Below are positions 1 to 10,815 of a DNA stretch of 61,980 nucleotides, in pieces; within the stretch, counting starts at the first letter, position 1, and each line of letters begins with the position of its first letter. The notes beneath the pieces were generated by a model. That model saw nothing but the letters and a program-made list of their open reading frames with translations, made no database searches and had not been told where the DNA came from. The stretch covers positions 1-61,980 of the forward strand of contig JBDONT010000035.1 of NCBI GenBank assembly GCA_039831155.1, in the 5' to 3' direction. Source of the DNA: Nautiliaceae bacterium (GTDB lineage Bacteria > Campylobacterota > Campylobacteria > Campylobacterales > Nautiliaceae). Made by a program: the position numbers and the translations under genes.

Positions 1-246
1 ATAACAGACACAAAATTATTTTAACTCCCTTTCGATGAACTTCCGGAAAACGTAAAAAATGCACTTATTGATATGATTTTCAATTTAGGAAAACCGAGAT
101 TTTTACAGTTTAAAAAGATGATAAAAGCTATTAAAGATGGTGATTTTAAACGGGCGGCGGAAGAGGCTAAAAACAGCAGGTGGTGCGGGCAGGTAGGGCA
201 AAGGTGTGAGGATGTTTATAATATGTTAACTGGAAATATGTTATAA
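1..246 (+). pseudogene. 3' part of a phage-type (T4-like, GH24) lysozyme/endolysin with an in-frame stop; 5' end lies outside the window
   Basis: Frame 1 translates as ITDTKLF*LPFDELPENVKNALIDMIFNLGKPRFLQFKKMIKAIKDGDFKRAAEEAKNSRWCGQVGQRCEDVYNMLTGNML*. This matches the C-terminal lobe of T4-type lysozymes (ALINMVFQMG...W.EAA..LA.SRWY.Q.P.RA). There is an internal TAA at 22-24. Not in the ORF track. Confidence 0.75.
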
Positions 247-247
247 T
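239..247 (+). promoter_or_regulatory. Extended -10 sigma70 promoter element (TGnTATAAT)
   Basis: TGTTATAAT is a perfect match, overlaps the lysozyme stop codon, and lies ~6 nt before a GC-rich structured segment. Confidence 0.6.
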
Positions 248-252
248 TTTAA

Positions 253-354
253 GACAGAACCCGCAAAGCCTCTGCGTCTGCAAGCTCAAATGTGCGGGTC
301 GTAGCTTTAATCTGTATCTTCCGTCACTTAGATGGCGGATACAGATTGATTTTT
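253..354 (+). ncRNA. Candidate structured small RNA (~100 nt), family unassigned
   Basis: Lies after the extended -10. Stem 1 is ACCCGCA(259-265)/TGCGGGT(293-299). Stem 2 is AATCTGTATC(309-318)/GATACAGATT(338-347) and is followed by a T-run. GC-rich relative to flanks; no ORF. Confidence 0.5.
309..354 (+). terminator. Probable intrinsic terminator hairpin
   Basis: 10-bp perfect outer stem, inner CCGTC/GATGG pairing, then GATTTTT. Confidence 0.55.
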
Positions 355-493
355 AGGATAACAAAGGGGTAACTTATGAGTTACCCTAAAGTTTAAAAAT
401 TGCTAAATTTAGGTGCTTTAAAATGATTTACTATAAAGTAGCTGCGAACCACTGATTTATATTTGTAAGTGTCTGGCACAAAAAAGGAAGAAA

Positions 494-952
494 ATGAAAA
501 TAGAAATACCGAATATCGGGATAAAAGAGATAAAATATATAGTTTTGGATTATAACGGAACTATAGCAAAGGATGGGAAAGTAAAAAATAGTGTAAAAGA
601 GATTTTAAGAGAGTTAAAAGATTTTGAAATATTTGTAATAACAGCCGATACTCACGGAAGTGCTAAGGAGAATTTAAAAGAGTGTGATGTAAAACTTCAA
701 ATTTTAAAAACTTCAAATCATACGAAAGAAAAAGAGGAGTTTGTAAAATCTTTAAAAAATGTTTTTGCCGTTGGAAACGGAAGTAACGACTTATTGATGT
801 TAAAAGAGGCTGAAGTTGGGGTATGTGTAATTGAAGACGAGGGGGCTAGTGTAAAAAGTTTATTAAACGCCGATGTGGTTTGTAGGAGTATTGAAGAGGC
901 TTTAGGGCTTGTTTTAAAACCGAAAAGATTAATAGCGACTCTTAGAGAGTGA
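494..952 (+). CDS. HAD-superfamily hydrolase (soluble P-type ATPase-like)
   Basis: Motif I DYNGT, motif II TADT, motif IV GNGSND; AAGGA RBS upstream. Confidence 0.85.
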   Translation: MKIEIPNIGIKEIKYIVLDYNGTIAKDGKVKNSVKEILRELKDFEIFVITADTHGSAKENLKECDVKLQILKTSNHTKEKEEFVKSLKNVFAVGNGSNDLLMLKEAEVGVCVIEDEGASVKSLLNADVVCRSIEEALGLVLKPKRLIATLRE

Positions 953-1874
953 TGTTTTCTTTATAGATATATCCTCTGATTTTCGGAGGTATTTTTAATT
1001 TTCTCATTTTTTCTTTAAACTCTTTTGGCATAGTCGTTTTTAGATAAGGGGAGATAAAAATTTCGTTTTCATTTGAGTCTATAGCGATTTTTCCTTGAAT
1101 AACACATGAAAAATCGGTTTTTATAACTTCGTTTCTTTGGGCTTTTGTCATAATGATTCCCAACTCTTTAGTAATTAAATCCACTTTTTTTATATCTATT
1201 TTTGGAGAGGTTTTTTTGAATTTATAGAGTTTTTTGTTTTTTTGCCAGTCTTTTTGAAAAAGGAGGTTTAAATCTTCTTCTAAATACTCAAAACTTTTTT
1301 TTACTCCTTCTTTAAAAAGTTTTATAAATTTATCCGAAAATTCGTGCCTTATAAAATTTCTTTTGTATTTTTTGTCAAAATTTGAAGAATCTATGAAATA
1401 TTTCACTTTTCTTTTACTTAAAAATGTTGAAATTTCATCACGAGATAAGTTATAAAAAGGTCTATATATTTTATACCCTTCTCTCTCCTCCCATTTTTTC
1501 ATTGCAATCAATTCTTTTAAACCGGCACCTTTTGAGAGTTGCATTAAAAACCATTCGAATCTGTCGTTTAACTGGTGAGCTGTTATAAGGGTTTTGTAGT
1601 TGTGTGTTTTTATTATCTCTTCAAAAAATCCGTATCTGCATTCTCTGGCTTTTTTTTCAGAAAATTTTTCTAAAAAACAATCTTTTATATAGATTTTTTT
1701 GTGGTATTTTTTTGCTAGGGTTTTGGCGTATTTTACTTCTTCGTCGCTTGTTTCTCTTGTATGGTAGTTTACTATGGCTATATCAAAAGGTATGTTTTGT
1801 TCAAGCAGCCAAAAAAACAGAGCCGTTGAATCCACTCCGGCTGAAAAAGCCAGTAGGTTAGATGATTTTTCCAA
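942..1874 (-). CDS. tilS: tRNA(Ile)-lysidine synthetase
   Basis: PP-loop AFSAGVDS, AR.CRY, TAHQLND, RP and D.SN...Y.RN.IR motifs. Confidence 0.93.
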   Translation of the reverse strand: MEKSSNLLAFSAGVDSTALFFWLLEQNIPFDIAIVNYHTRETSDEEVKYAKTLAKKYHKKIYIKDCFLEKFSEKKARECRYGFFEEIIKTHNYKTLITAHQLNDRFEWFLMQLSKGAGLKELIAMKKWEEREGYKIYRPFYNLSRDEISTFLSKRKVKYFIDSSNFDKKYKRNFIRHEFSDKFIKLFKEGVKKSFEYLEEDLNLLFQKDWQKNKKLYKFKKTSPKIDIKKVDLITKELGIIMTKAQRNEVIKTDFSCVIQGKIAIDSNENEIFISPYLKTTMPKEFKEKMRKLKIPPKIRGYIYKENITL

Positions 1875-3150
1875 TGAGCTGGTCTCCTGCTAAATTTTCT
1901 ACTTTTATGTCGTATAAATTTCCGATTTTAAGATTTTCTTTTTCACTTTCGTTTATTAAAATATCTCCGTCAATTTCCGGTGCCCATAGTTTCGGTCTTA
2001 CGCTGTAGAAGAGTTCATCTTCGGTTAAGCCGTCTAAGTAGCATTTTATATTTTTGTTTAGATATTTTTTAAGAGATTTTTTGGTTGTTTGTTTTACGAT
2101 TTTTCCCATCTCTTTTGTTCTTTTGTCTATTATTTGTTGAGGTAGTTTGTCTTTTCTTTTAAATGCCGCCGTATTTTCTTCGTCAGAATATGCAAATACG
2201 TTTACTCTGTCAAATTCAAACTCTTTAATAAAGTTTTTAAGCTCTTCAAAATCCTCTTCACTTTCTCCCGGATGACCAACTATAACAGAAGTTCTTATAA
2301 AGCTAAACTCTTTTTTCATTTCTTCTAAAAGTGATTTTAATTTCTCAACGCTTCCCGGTCTTTTCATAATTTTTAGCATTTTAGGGGTTATGTGTTGGAT
2401 TGGCATATCAAAGTAGTTTTGAACGTTTTTTGAAGCGAATATTTTTCTTATTAATCTTTTTGTGGTGGTAGCCGGGTATAGGTATAAAATCCTTGCCGTT
2501 ATTCCTTCTATTTTGTCTATTTCGTCAATTAACCTCTCAAGCCCGTCTTTAACGCCTTTGTCTCTAAGGTACGAGCTTGAATCTTGACTTGCCAGGGAGA
2601 AGTCTTTAAACCCTTTTTCTTTTAATCTTTTAATTTCGTTTATAATTTCCGGTATTTCTCTTGAATTTAATTTTCTTTTGAAATTCGGAATGGCACAAAA
2701 TGCACACTTTTGATTACATCCTTCGCTAAGTTTTATATAAGCGTGGTAGCTGCTGCCGGTAATTATTCTCTCTTCGTTATGAATAAGAAAAACTTTGGGA
2801 GAAAATTGAGATTTTTTTTCTTTTATAAGAGTGTCTATTTTGTCAAAATCCCCAATTCCACTCCATATATCTACTTCGGGTAGTTCTTTTGGAAGAATTT
2901 TTTTATATCTTTCGCTAAAACATCCGGTTACCACTAAAAGGGCGTTTTCTTTTTTCTCATTTGCAAGTTCAAGGATTGTTTCTATCGATTCTTCTTTTGC
3001 CGGGTTTATAAAGCCACAGGTGTTTACGATTATTACGTCTGCTTCTTGGGGATTTTGGGTGAGGGAATAGTCTTTTAATTTTCCAAGCATTACTTCGCTG
3101 TCTATTAAGTTTTTCACACATCCAAGAGATGCTAAGTATAGCTTTTTCAA
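1858..3150 (-). CDS. rimO: Ribosomal protein S12 methylthiotransferase
   Basis: N-terminal SLGC.KN..DSE and NTCGFI..AKEESI; radical SAM CNQKCAFC; APEIDG motif. Confidence 0.95.
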   Translation of the reverse strand: MKKLYLASLGCVKNLIDSEVMLGKLKDYSLTQNPQEADVIIVNTCGFINPAKEESIETILELANEKKENALLVVTGCFSERYKKILPKELPEVDIWSGIGDFDKIDTLIKEKKSQFSPKVFLIHNEERIITGSSYHAYIKLSEGCNQKCAFCAIPNFKRKLNSREIPEIINEIKRLKEKGFKDFSLASQDSSSYLRDKGVKDGLERLIDEIDKIEGITARILYLYPATTTKRLIRKIFASKNVQNYFDMPIQHITPKMLKIMKRPGSVEKLKSLLEEMKKEFSFIRTSVIVGHPGESEEDFEELKNFIKEFEFDRVNVFAYSDEENTAAFKRKDKLPQQIIDKRTKEMGKIVKQTTKKSLKKYLNKNIKCYLDGLTEDELFYSVRPKLWAPEIDGDILINESEKENLKIGNLYDIKVENLAGDQLIGKII

Positions 3151-3237
3151 ATAAATCCTTTTTAATTGAATTTTATCAAAAAAAATATTATAATAAAATC
3201 CGACCTATATCTTACGAGTGTCAAATGAAAGGTAAAA

Positions 3238-3477
3238 ATGGAAAAAATAAGTTTGATTTTAAGTTTTTTATTAGTGGGTGCCGGAATTTTTAAATTGGAT
3301 TTTTTTTTGATTCCTACTTTGGATTATTTTGGAAAGTATGTTTTTTTTGTTATGATAAACATATTCGTTTTTTGGGTTTGTTATCAATTTTTTAGGTATT
3401 TTAAAGGAACGTTAAGAATTGTAACGCCCTTGTTATACGGTTTAATTATTTGTTTATTAGGGTTTAAAGGAGTTTAA
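3238..3477 (+). CDS. Small membrane protein (about 3 TM segments), first gene of the adhesin unit
   Basis: 79 aa, hydrophobic; AAAGG RBS; stop is 1 nt before the adhesin start. Confidence 0.7.
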   Translation: MEKISLILSFLLVGAGIFKLDFFLIPTLDYFGKYVFFVMINIFVFWVCYQFFRYFKGTLRIVTPLLYGLIICLLGFKGV

Positions 3478-3478
3478 A

Positions 3479-6400
3479 TTGAAAAAAATTTTATTTTTGT
3501 TTTTGAGTGCGTTTTATGTTTTTGCCGCTCAAACTATTATAGTGGATAGTAATGCGATTTGTAAGCCTTCGGGATGTTACGGAGGATGTGAAAGCGGAGA
3601 TAAAACTTATTCTAATATTACCGATGCGGTTAATAATTCTTATTACGGGGATACTATTAAAATATGTAAGGGAAGTTATAGTGACGATATTACTTTAAAT
3701 AAAAGTTTGAGTTTCGTAGCGGCGGCTAACGTTCAAAAACCTACGGATGTTAATTGGACGGCTAGAAATCCTATTACTTTAAACGGTGGTAACGATATTT
3801 ATATAGACGGAATTTATATCGAAAGTACTTTGGGAAATTGTATAAAAGCAAATATAAGTATGACGAAAATAATTATAAAAAACGCCGTTTTGAAAGCTAA
3901 AAATCAAATAGCTTCTGTTGAAAATCTTTATACTCTTTTGGATATAGAAAATTCGACTCTTCAAGCGGGTAGGGAAATTATTTATATAGGCGGTTCCGGA
4001 AGCGATGTAATTATAAAAGATTCTAATTTAACTTCTTCTTCCGATGACGGTATCGATATAATGGGAGCGTTAAACGGGAATGTGAAAATGTATGATGCTA
4101 ATATTTCCGTAGATGATAACGCTTTTTATGTGAACGATAACGTAAACGGTTATTTGAATATAGAAAAATCGCTTATTTCCAGTGATTCCAGAAGCGGATT
4201 TTATTTTTCCGGTAATATTAATAAAGATTTGAATATAACCGATAGTAAAGTAACTTCCGATAATGAAAGTGTAAAGCTTTTAGGGAGTATTTATCAGACT
4301 TTAAACATTATAAATAGTGATTTGAATTCGACTTCCGACGACGGAATAGAAGTGGATAAAAATGCGGATACGATTAATATCGTAAATAGTAAAGTCACTT
4401 CTTATAAAAATGCTTTATATATTTACGGAGGAGACGTTTATAAAGATATTAATATAACTTCCTCTTTACTTTCTTCTCAAAGTTCGGGAGTATATGTGGG
4501 AGGAGGAAATATCGGATATTTCGAACTTAGAGATTCGAATGTGACCGTTGGTAATTACGGATTTTATATAAGAGGAAATTTAAATTCCAATTCCGCGGCG
4601 AATTTGATATCCGATTCCGAAATAAACGTTAGTTCCAGAAACGCTTTATACGTATATGGAAATGTAAACGGTCCTATAATTGTTGAAAATAGTAATATTT
4701 ACGCTCAATCCTATGAAGTGTTTTCTTTTAACGATTCCGTTTATGCGGATATGAATATTTCTAATAGTTCTTTGATTGGTGATGGGGGATTGGAGTTTAA
4801 AGGAGATGATGCTAATAAATTAAGCATTACGGATAGTAATATTTCGGCTTCTTTTTCCTATGCTGTATATTTCGGCGGAGATATGCAAGAAGATTTGAAT
4901 ATTTCGAATTCCGTATTAAAAGCTCCTAATAGTTATACCGTGGATTTTGAAAACGAATCAAAAGGAATTTATATAGATAAATCTTCATTGTCTTCCGATA
5001 GAACCAATATTTATTGTAACGGTGTGGTAAACGGAGATGTAATTATTAGCGATTCCAAATTATCTAGTGATAGTAGATATAATATTTATTTTAACGAAAC
5101 CTCAAATAAAACCCATATTATAAATTCCGAATTAAGTGCTTATAATTCCAATACTTATTTCGGGAATAATGCTTATGATAACGTTTTTGTCGATAATTCT
5201 TCTTTGGATTCTGAAAGCGGGAGCGGAATTATTTTTTATAAAGAAGCGTCGGCAAAAAATCTTTATATAAAAGATTCCAATATAACTAGTGACGATTATG
5301 CCGTTTATCTGGTAACCGCTACGAATATGGAGATAAATTCTTCTCATTTAAAAACCGATTCCAAAGACGTAATATATGTCGGTAGCGATATTAAAGATAC
5401 GTTGATTTATTCCAATTGTATAGACAACAACTCTTCTATAAAAACTAACTACGGTGTTTATGTGGACGATAACAGTTATGACGTAAACGTAACAGATAAC
5501 TGCTTTTATTCTTTTAATAACGGTAATTATGCTTATGATGATTATGATACCCATAGTTGGAACGGTAACTTTTGGTTGGGGGTTAACGATATTAACGGAG
5601 ACGGTAATATAACTCACGATGATACCGATAAAATAAGTTCTACTATATGGGATAGTGAATTTTTAACGAAATGTTCTCATAATTGTATCGGTTTGGTTGC
5701 GGAATGGAGAATGGACGAGTGTAGATGGATAGGAGAAGATTATGAAGTGGGAGATACTCAAGATGAAAATAACGGAACCGCTGTAAACGGGGCTAATACG
5801 GTAAAAACGGGAGTGTTGTGTAGAAGCGGACTTTTTGAAGCACTTAATAAAGAATACGTAAAAGTATCGGCAAGTAATTCTTTAACTCTTAAAAAAACTT
5901 TAACTTATATGGGATGGATAAAAATAACAGACCCTAATTATGTGGGAAATAGTGATAGATTGGAAAATATATTTACCAATCAGACGTGGGCTAACGCTTT
6001 GAGATATACGGAAAAAGGGTATTATAATAACGGTCTGAAAGAAAATAAGATTTTGTTTCAATTAAGTATTAACGGAACTGAAGAATATTTATATTCGAAC
6101 ACTTCCATTACCGATACGAATTGGCATCATATAGCCGTAACGTATGACGGAAATACGATGAAAATTTATATAGACGGAAATTTGGATGCTAGTAAAAGCG
6201 TATCGGGAATAGTTAATACCGGTAATTCCGAGAATATAATAGGAGGAGAATACAATAATTATTATTTTAACGGAAATATAGATGAATTTAAGGTATTTAA
6301 TAAAGCTTTAAGCCAAGATATGATTTCTTATATATATAAGAATGAAAGTTCTTCTAAAAGTTGGGACGGAGGGGAGAGAATTTGTTATATATGCGATATA

Positions 6401-8212
6401 GCTACTGTTTATAATGCCGTTGATTATGTTAATATAGGGGAATGTAACGCTAGTTATAATTGGGACGATAATATTACTACGAAAATAGCCGGAAGTGATT
6501 ATAATCTTACTATTTTGGCTAAGGACGAGAACGGAAATCCGGTTGAAGCTAATGTGACTAAAGTTGAATTTTTATATTATTCCGAAGGTAATCAAAGTGA
6601 ATGTAGCGGAGATTTGATAGGTTCTAAAGTTATTTGTGAAAATTGCGGTAATACGAATAGTAACGGATGTATGACTCTAGATGATGATAATTTGTCCTTG
6701 AATAGGGCGGTTAAATGTGTAGAGGTTTATATTGAAGGTCATGCCGCTCAAAATAGCAGTCCCGATGTGAATGAAAGTAATGCTACGGATGATTTTGCTA
6801 TTAGACCTTATAGATTTAAAATAGTTACTATTCCTTCTAAAGTGAAAGCCGGAAGCGAATTTAATGTAACCGTAGAAGCTTTGGATGAAAAAGGAAATAA
6901 AGTAAAAGATTATAATGAAACGATTTATATTAGAGGGGAGAGTGCGGATTTGGAATATAACGATACTAATTCTAAATGTATAACTGCGGAAATTAATAAA
7001 ACCGACGGAGGAGATTTTATAGACGGAGAATCGAATTTAACTCTTAAATATCCGGAAGTCGGGGATGTTAATTTTACTATTCAAGAAGTGAACGGAAGTG
7101 AGTTTGCTTTTATAGATAATGACGATACTAATATTTCTCAACGTTTAATTATGAAAGATGTTAATAGTACCGAATTTGTCGTACATCATTTCGATGTTAA
7201 CGCTAGCTTGATTAATTATGATACGAACGGAGGATTTACTTATTTAAACAAAGATTTAAATTTGAGTGCGGTATTGGATATAAATATCAGTGCCAAAAAC
7301 GAAGATAATCAAACCGTTGAGAATTATAATGAAGAGTGCTATGCTAAGGATGTTGAGGTTAATGTCAGTTACGAACTTTCTTATTATAATAAAGATATCA
7401 ACGTCACTTATTTAAGATTCGTATTGGAAGATGTAAAAGAAGAGAATTCGTCTTTTATGCAGTTGCCCGTATTAAGTAATTTGGAGATTAATTATACCGA
7501 AGGTAATTTTACTACGGATAATAACGGTTCTACTGCTTTAAGGCTTTATATTAATTTTGACAGAAACGTTTCTTTTCCTTCCAATCCTTTTAAATTGATT
7601 GTAAATGATATTAACGTTACGAATAAAGATAATAATTTATCGTTTGAAGATATTAGCGGGGAAGCTTTGTTTTATTATGGTTTTTTTGATTTGAATGATA
7701 TTTTGACTTCAAGTAACGAGTTAAGTAAAACTTTCGCTTTTGTTATGTACGATGAAAATTCAAGTGATTCTTTAAAACCTCCGACAAAAGAACACGGTTT
7801 TAATTGGTATGAAAATTCTTATCATAACGGAACGGACGGAAATATAAGCGATTCGGAAATTATAATTTCATCGGACGGAAACGTTTCTAACGTAATAACG
7901 GGTGTGGAAGTGAACGTATCGGAAGTGAAAGACGGAAATATAACTTTCGGTATAAAAAAAACCGACCCGTCTTTAAACTTTGCGGTTGTACATATTTTAT
8001 CTCCTAATCTTAAATGGTTATGGTATACCAGATTCGGAGATGAATATAATATTTCAAACGACTCTTCTTGTTTAAATCATTTTTGTTTTACTATTACTTG
8101 GCAAAGTTTGAATAACGAAAAAGGAGAAGTGGGAAGCGGAGAGTTTAACGGTACGGAAGTGAATATAACCGAAAGCAATACTTCTAAAACCGGAGTTAAG
8201 ATTTTTAGATAA
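3479..8212 (+). CDS. Large secreted MshQ-like pilus adhesin (beta-helix repeats, LamG/concanavalin domain, MshQ-like C-terminus)
   Basis: Sec signal [16 protein letters not shown]; ~25-aa I.(D/N)S.(L/I).S repeats typical of right-handed beta-helices; LamG signature [17 protein letters not shown] and [21 protein letters not shown] motif of MshQ-like C-termini; lies near MSHA-like genes. Confidence 0.75.
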   Translation: MKKILFLFLSAFYVFAAQTIIVDSNAICKPSGCYGGCESGDKTYSNITDAVNNSYYGDTIKICKGSYSDDITLNKSLSFVAAANVQKPTDVNWTARNPITLNGGNDIYIDGIYIESTLGNCIKANISMTKIIIKNAVLKAKNQIASVENLYTLLDIENSTLQAGREIIYIGGSGSDVIIKDSNLTSSSDDGIDIMGALNGNVKMYDANISVDDNAFYVNDNVNGYLNIEKSLISSDSRSGFYFSGNINKDLNITDSKVTSDNESVKLLGSIYQTLNIINSDLNSTSDDGIEVDKNADTINIVNSKVTSYKNALYIYGGDVYKDINITSSLLSSQSSGVYVGGGNIGYFELRDSNVTVGNYGFYIRGNLNSNSAANLISDSEINVSSRNALYVYGNVNGPIIVENSNIYAQSYEVFSFNDSVYADMNISNSSLIGDGGLEFKGDDANKLSITDSNISASFSYAVYFGGDMQEDLNISNSVLKAPNSYTVDFENESKGIYIDKSSLSSDRTNIYCNGVVNGDVIISDSKLSSDSRYNIYFNETSNKTHIINSELSAYNSNTYFGNNAYDNVFVDNSSLDSESGSGIIFYKEASAKNLYIKDSNITSDDYAVYLVTATNMEINSSHLKTDSKDVIYVGSDIKDTLIYSNCIDNNSSIKTNYGVYVDDNSYDVNVTDNCFYSFNNGNYAYDDYDTHSWNGNFWLGVNDINGDGNITHDDTDKISSTIWDSEFLTKCSHNCIGLVAEWRMDECRWIGEDYEVGDTQDENNGTAVNGANTVKTGVLCRSGLFEALNKEYVKVSASNSLTLKKTLTYMGWIKITDPNYVGNSDRLENIFTNQTWANALRYTEKGYYNNGLKENKILFQLSINGTEEYLYSNTSITDTNWHHIAVTYDGNTMKIYIDGNLDASKSVSGIVNTGNSENIIGGEYNNYYFNGNIDEFKVFNKALSQDMISYIYKNESSSKSWDGGERICYICDIATVYNAVDYVNIGECNASYNWDDNITTKIAGSDYNLTILAKDENGNPVEANVTKVEFLYYSEGNQSECSGDLIGSKVICENCGNTNSNGCMTLDDDNLSLNRAVKCVEVYIEGHAAQNSSPDVNESNATDDFAIRPYRFKIVTIPSKVKAGSEFNVTVEALDEKGNKVKDYNETIYIRGESADLEYNDTNSKCITAEINKTDGGDFIDGESNLTLKYPEVGDVNFTIQEVNGSEFAFIDNDDTNISQRLIMKDVNSTEFVVHHFDVNASLINYDTNGGFTYLNKDLNLSAVLDINISAKNEDNQTVENYNEECYAKDVEVNVSYELSYYNKDINVTYLRFVLEDVKEENSSFMQLPVLSNLEINYTEGNFTTDNNGSTALRLYINFDRNVSFPSNPFKLIVNDINVTNKDNNLSFEDISGEALFYYGFFDLNDILTSSNELSKTFAFVMYDENSSDSLKPPTKEHGFNWYENSYHNGTDGNISDSEIIISSDGNVSNVITGVEVNVSEVKDGNITFGIKKTDPSLNFAVVHILSPNLKWLWYTRFGDEYNISNDSSCLNHFCFTITWQSLNNEKGEVGSGEFNGTEVNITESNTSKTGVKIFR

Positions 8213-9023
8213 AGATATTATCTATAAGTCTTGTATCTCCTATTTTCGCAGCTATTAAAATAATAGTGTTATTCGGTTTTATTTTATTTATATAATTGAA
8301 ATCTCTATCTACGAAAGCGATGTATTGAAGTTCGTCCACATCTAAAATATTTACCATTTCTTCTTTTAATTTTTCGGTATCTTTGATTTTTATTGATAGT
8401 TTCGCCGCTCTTTTTAAAGCTTTACTTATTGTTAAGGCTCTTTTTCTTTCCTCTTCGTTTAGGTATATGTTTCTGCTTGATAAGGCAAGACCGTCTTTTT
8501 CCCTTTTTGTTTCACACTCTACTATTTCTATATCGAAAAAGAAATTTTTTACCATCTGTTTTATTAAATATAACTGTTGAGCGTCTTTTTTACCAAAATA
8601 AGCACGGGTTGGACGGGTTATATGAAATAGTTTGTTTACAACCTGCAAAACTCCGTCAAAATGTCCGGGGCGATTGAAACCTTCTAAAATATAGCCTTTA
8701 ATTTTTGGGGCTTTTATTAAAACTTCGTCTTTTGAATACATATTTTCTGCATTTGGGGTAAATACTGCGTCAACTCCCGCACGTTTGCATATTTCAAAGT
8801 CCGCTTCAAGACGTCTTGGGTATTTGTCTAAATCTTCGCCGGGTAGAAATTGAGTCGGATTAACGAAAATGGATACTATCACATAGTCGTTTTCTTCTTT
8901 TGCCTTTTTAATTAAACTAAGATGTCCTTCGTGGAGGGCTCCCATTGTAGGAACGAATCCTATTGAGCCTTTGAGTGTTTTTCTAAATTCTATAGTTTCT
9001 TTAGGAGAATTTAAGATTTTCAT
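8205..9023 (-). CDS. panC: Pantoate--beta-alanine ligase
   Basis: [56 protein letters not shown]. Confidence 0.97.
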   Translation of the reverse strand: MKILNSPKETIEFRKTLKGSIGFVPTMGALHEGHLSLIKKAKEENDYVIVSIFVNPTQFLPGEDLDKYPRRLEADFEICKRAGVDAVFTPNAENMYSKDEVLIKAPKIKGYILEGFNRPGHFDGVLQVVNKLFHITRPTRAYFGKKDAQQLYLIKQMVKNFFFDIEIVECETKREKDGLALSSRNIYLNEEERKRALTISKALKRAAKLSIKIKDTEKLKEEMVNILDVDELQYIAFVDRDFNYINKIKPNNTIILIAAKIGDTRLIDNIFI

Positions 9024-9081
9024 AATCCGCCTTTTTTGGTAAAATTATATATAAATTCGGAGAAGTTATAAAAGGATGATT

Positions 9082-10185
9082 ATGGATGCTTATGAATATG
9101 GAGAATTAATAAAAGAGCTTGAGAATAAAATAGAAAATATCGAAACTATTTTAAAACCTGAAAAACTTGAAGCCAGACTTAAAGAGATAGAAGAGCTGGA
9201 AAATTCTCCCGAATTTTGGAATGACCCTAAAGCCAGTGCAAAAGTTCAAAAAGAGAAAAATTCTGTTTTAAGAAGACTTGAAAAATATAGAAAAGCTAAA
9301 AGTGCTTTGGAAGATAATAAAGATATGTTCGAGCTTGCGAGTTTAGAAGAGGATGAAGAGACTTTAAATGAGGTTTTTGAGGATGTTAAGGAGTTAAAAA
9401 AAGTTATTAGAGATTTGGAAATTGAAGTTATGCTTAGTGATGAGAATGACTCTAAAAACGCAATTATTACCATTCACCCGGGAGCCGGGGGTACGGAGTC
9501 TCACGACTGGGCTTCCATTCTTTATAGAATGTATTTAAGATATGCCGAAAGAAGAGGCTGGAAGGTTGAGGTGCTTGATTATCAGGCTGGGGATGAAGCC
9601 GGGATTAAAGATGTGAGTTTTCTTGTAAAAGGTGAAAACGCTTACGGATATTTAAAAGTTGAAAACGGAATTCACAGACTTGTAAGGGTTAGTCCGTTTG
9701 ACAGTGCCGGAAGACGCCATACTTCGTTTGCTTCCGTGCAAGTTTCTCCGGAGATTGATGACGATATAGAAATAGAAATAGACCCCAAAGATATAAGAAT
9801 AGATGTGTTTCGTGCAAGTGGGGCCGGAGGACAGCATGTTAATAAAACCGAGAGTGCCGTTAGAATTACCCATATCCCAACCGGAATTGTCGTAGGGTGT
9901 CAAACAGACAGAAGCCAACATAAAAATAAAGAAATGGCGTTTAAAATGCTAAAATCTAAGCTTTACGAACTTGAGCTTGAAAAAAGAAAAGCGGAAGAAG
10001 AAGGAAAACCGAAAGACGAAATGGGATGGGGACATCAGATTAGAAGTTATGTTTTGTTTCCTTATCAGCAGGTAAAAGATAATAGAAGTAATAAAGCTTA
10101 TTCGAAAGTTGACGATATATTGGACGGAGATTTGGATGAAGTGATAGAGGATGTATTGATTTCTCAAAAGGAGACGGAAAATTAA
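9082..10185 (+). CDS. prfB: Peptide chain release factor 2 (single ORF, no programmed frameshift)
   Basis: SPF anticodon-mimic tripeptide, GGQ motif, WG.QIRSYV. The ATG at 9082 fits the AAAGGA RBS better than 9076. Confidence 0.97.
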   Translation: MDAYEYGELIKELENKIENIETILKPEKLEARLKEIEELENSPEFWNDPKASAKVQKEKNSVLRRLEKYRKAKSALEDNKDMFELASLEEDEETLNEVFEDVKELKKVIRDLEIEVMLSDENDSKNAIITIHPGAGGTESHDWASILYRMYLRYAERRGWKVEVLDYQAGDEAGIKDVSFLVKGENAYGYLKVENGIHRLVRVSPFDSAGRRHTSFASVQVSPEIDDDIEIEIDPKDIRIDVFRASGAGGQHVNKTESAVRITHIPTGIVVGCQTDRSQHKNKEMAFKMLKSKLYELELEKRKAEEEGKPKDEMGWGHQIRSYVLFPYQQVKDNRSNKAYSKVDDILDGDLDEVIEDVLISQKETEN

Positions 10186-10813
10186 AAAAGGATTAACGTT
10201 AATAGAACTTATTTTTACCATTATCATTATAGGAGCGGTTTTTACCGTAATTCCTAGAATAATTTACGTAAGTAATAAGGCTTTGGAATTTTCGAAAAGA
10301 GAAGATTCTATGTTTAATATGATGGGAAAAATTATGGATATTTCTTTAAAAGAATACGATGAAAACAATACGAATTCGGATGATATTTTGGTTGTTAACG
10401 AGCCTCCTAGATATGTACTTGATTGTAATGCTTCGAGCGGATATAGAATAGGAGGGTTTAAAGGTAGCAGAAACTGTCTAAATGATATAAGCGAAAGTTA
10501 TATTCCTACTAATAAAAGCGGAGAATATGATTATATAGAAGGGTATAACGGAGTGGAGGAAAATACTTCTTTATACGGGAGGACTTATTACACTCTTTAT
10601 ATACAAGTAGGATATACCGGAGAATGGAATAAAAGTAATTATGATTATGCAAAAGGTTCTTTGGATTACGATTTCAGTTCCGTATCGGATAATAATAAGA
10701 CTAATATTAAAAGAATACATATAGTCGTTTCTCAAAACGGAAATAATGTTTCTTCGGTAAATTACTATAGTGCTAATATAGGACATATAAGAATAGAGAG
10801 TGTGAGATGGTAA
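10181..10813 (+). CDS. Minor pilin (MshD-like) with type IV prepilin leader; probable ATT start
   Basis: In-frame extension of ORF 10283 gives (M)[24 protein letters not shown]. There is no in-frame ATG/GTG/TTG between the stop at 10157-10159 and 10283. AAGGAG lies 7 nt upstream of ATT at 10181. Confidence 0.75.
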   Translation: MKKGLTLIELIFTIIIIGAVFTVIPRIIYVSNKALEFSKREDSMFNMMGKIMDISLKEYDENNTNSDDILVVNEPPRYVLDCNASSGYRIGGFKGSRNCLNDISESYIPTNKSGEYDYIEGYNGVEENTSLYGRTYYTLYIQVGYTGEWNKSNYDYAKGSLDYDFSSVSDNNKTNIKRIHIVVSQNGNNVSSVNYYSANIGHIRIESVRW

Positions 10814-10815
10814 AA

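Noticed and set aside
257-300. c-di-GMP-I (GEMM) riboswitch, suggested by CGCAAAGCCTC
   Set aside because: The upstream P2 stem with GAAA tetraloop and the tetraloop receptor are absent, and the segment folds as a single closing stem instead.
405-480. Possible att, dif, IS end, tRNA fragment or ToxI-like repeat at the phage/host junction
   Set aside because: Only loose resemblance. There is no tandem repeat, cloverleaf, convincing dif match or partner repeat in the window.
9082-9170. prfB programmed +1 frameshift
   Set aside because: No CTT-TGA slippery site; the ORF is continuous, as is usual in Campylobacterota.
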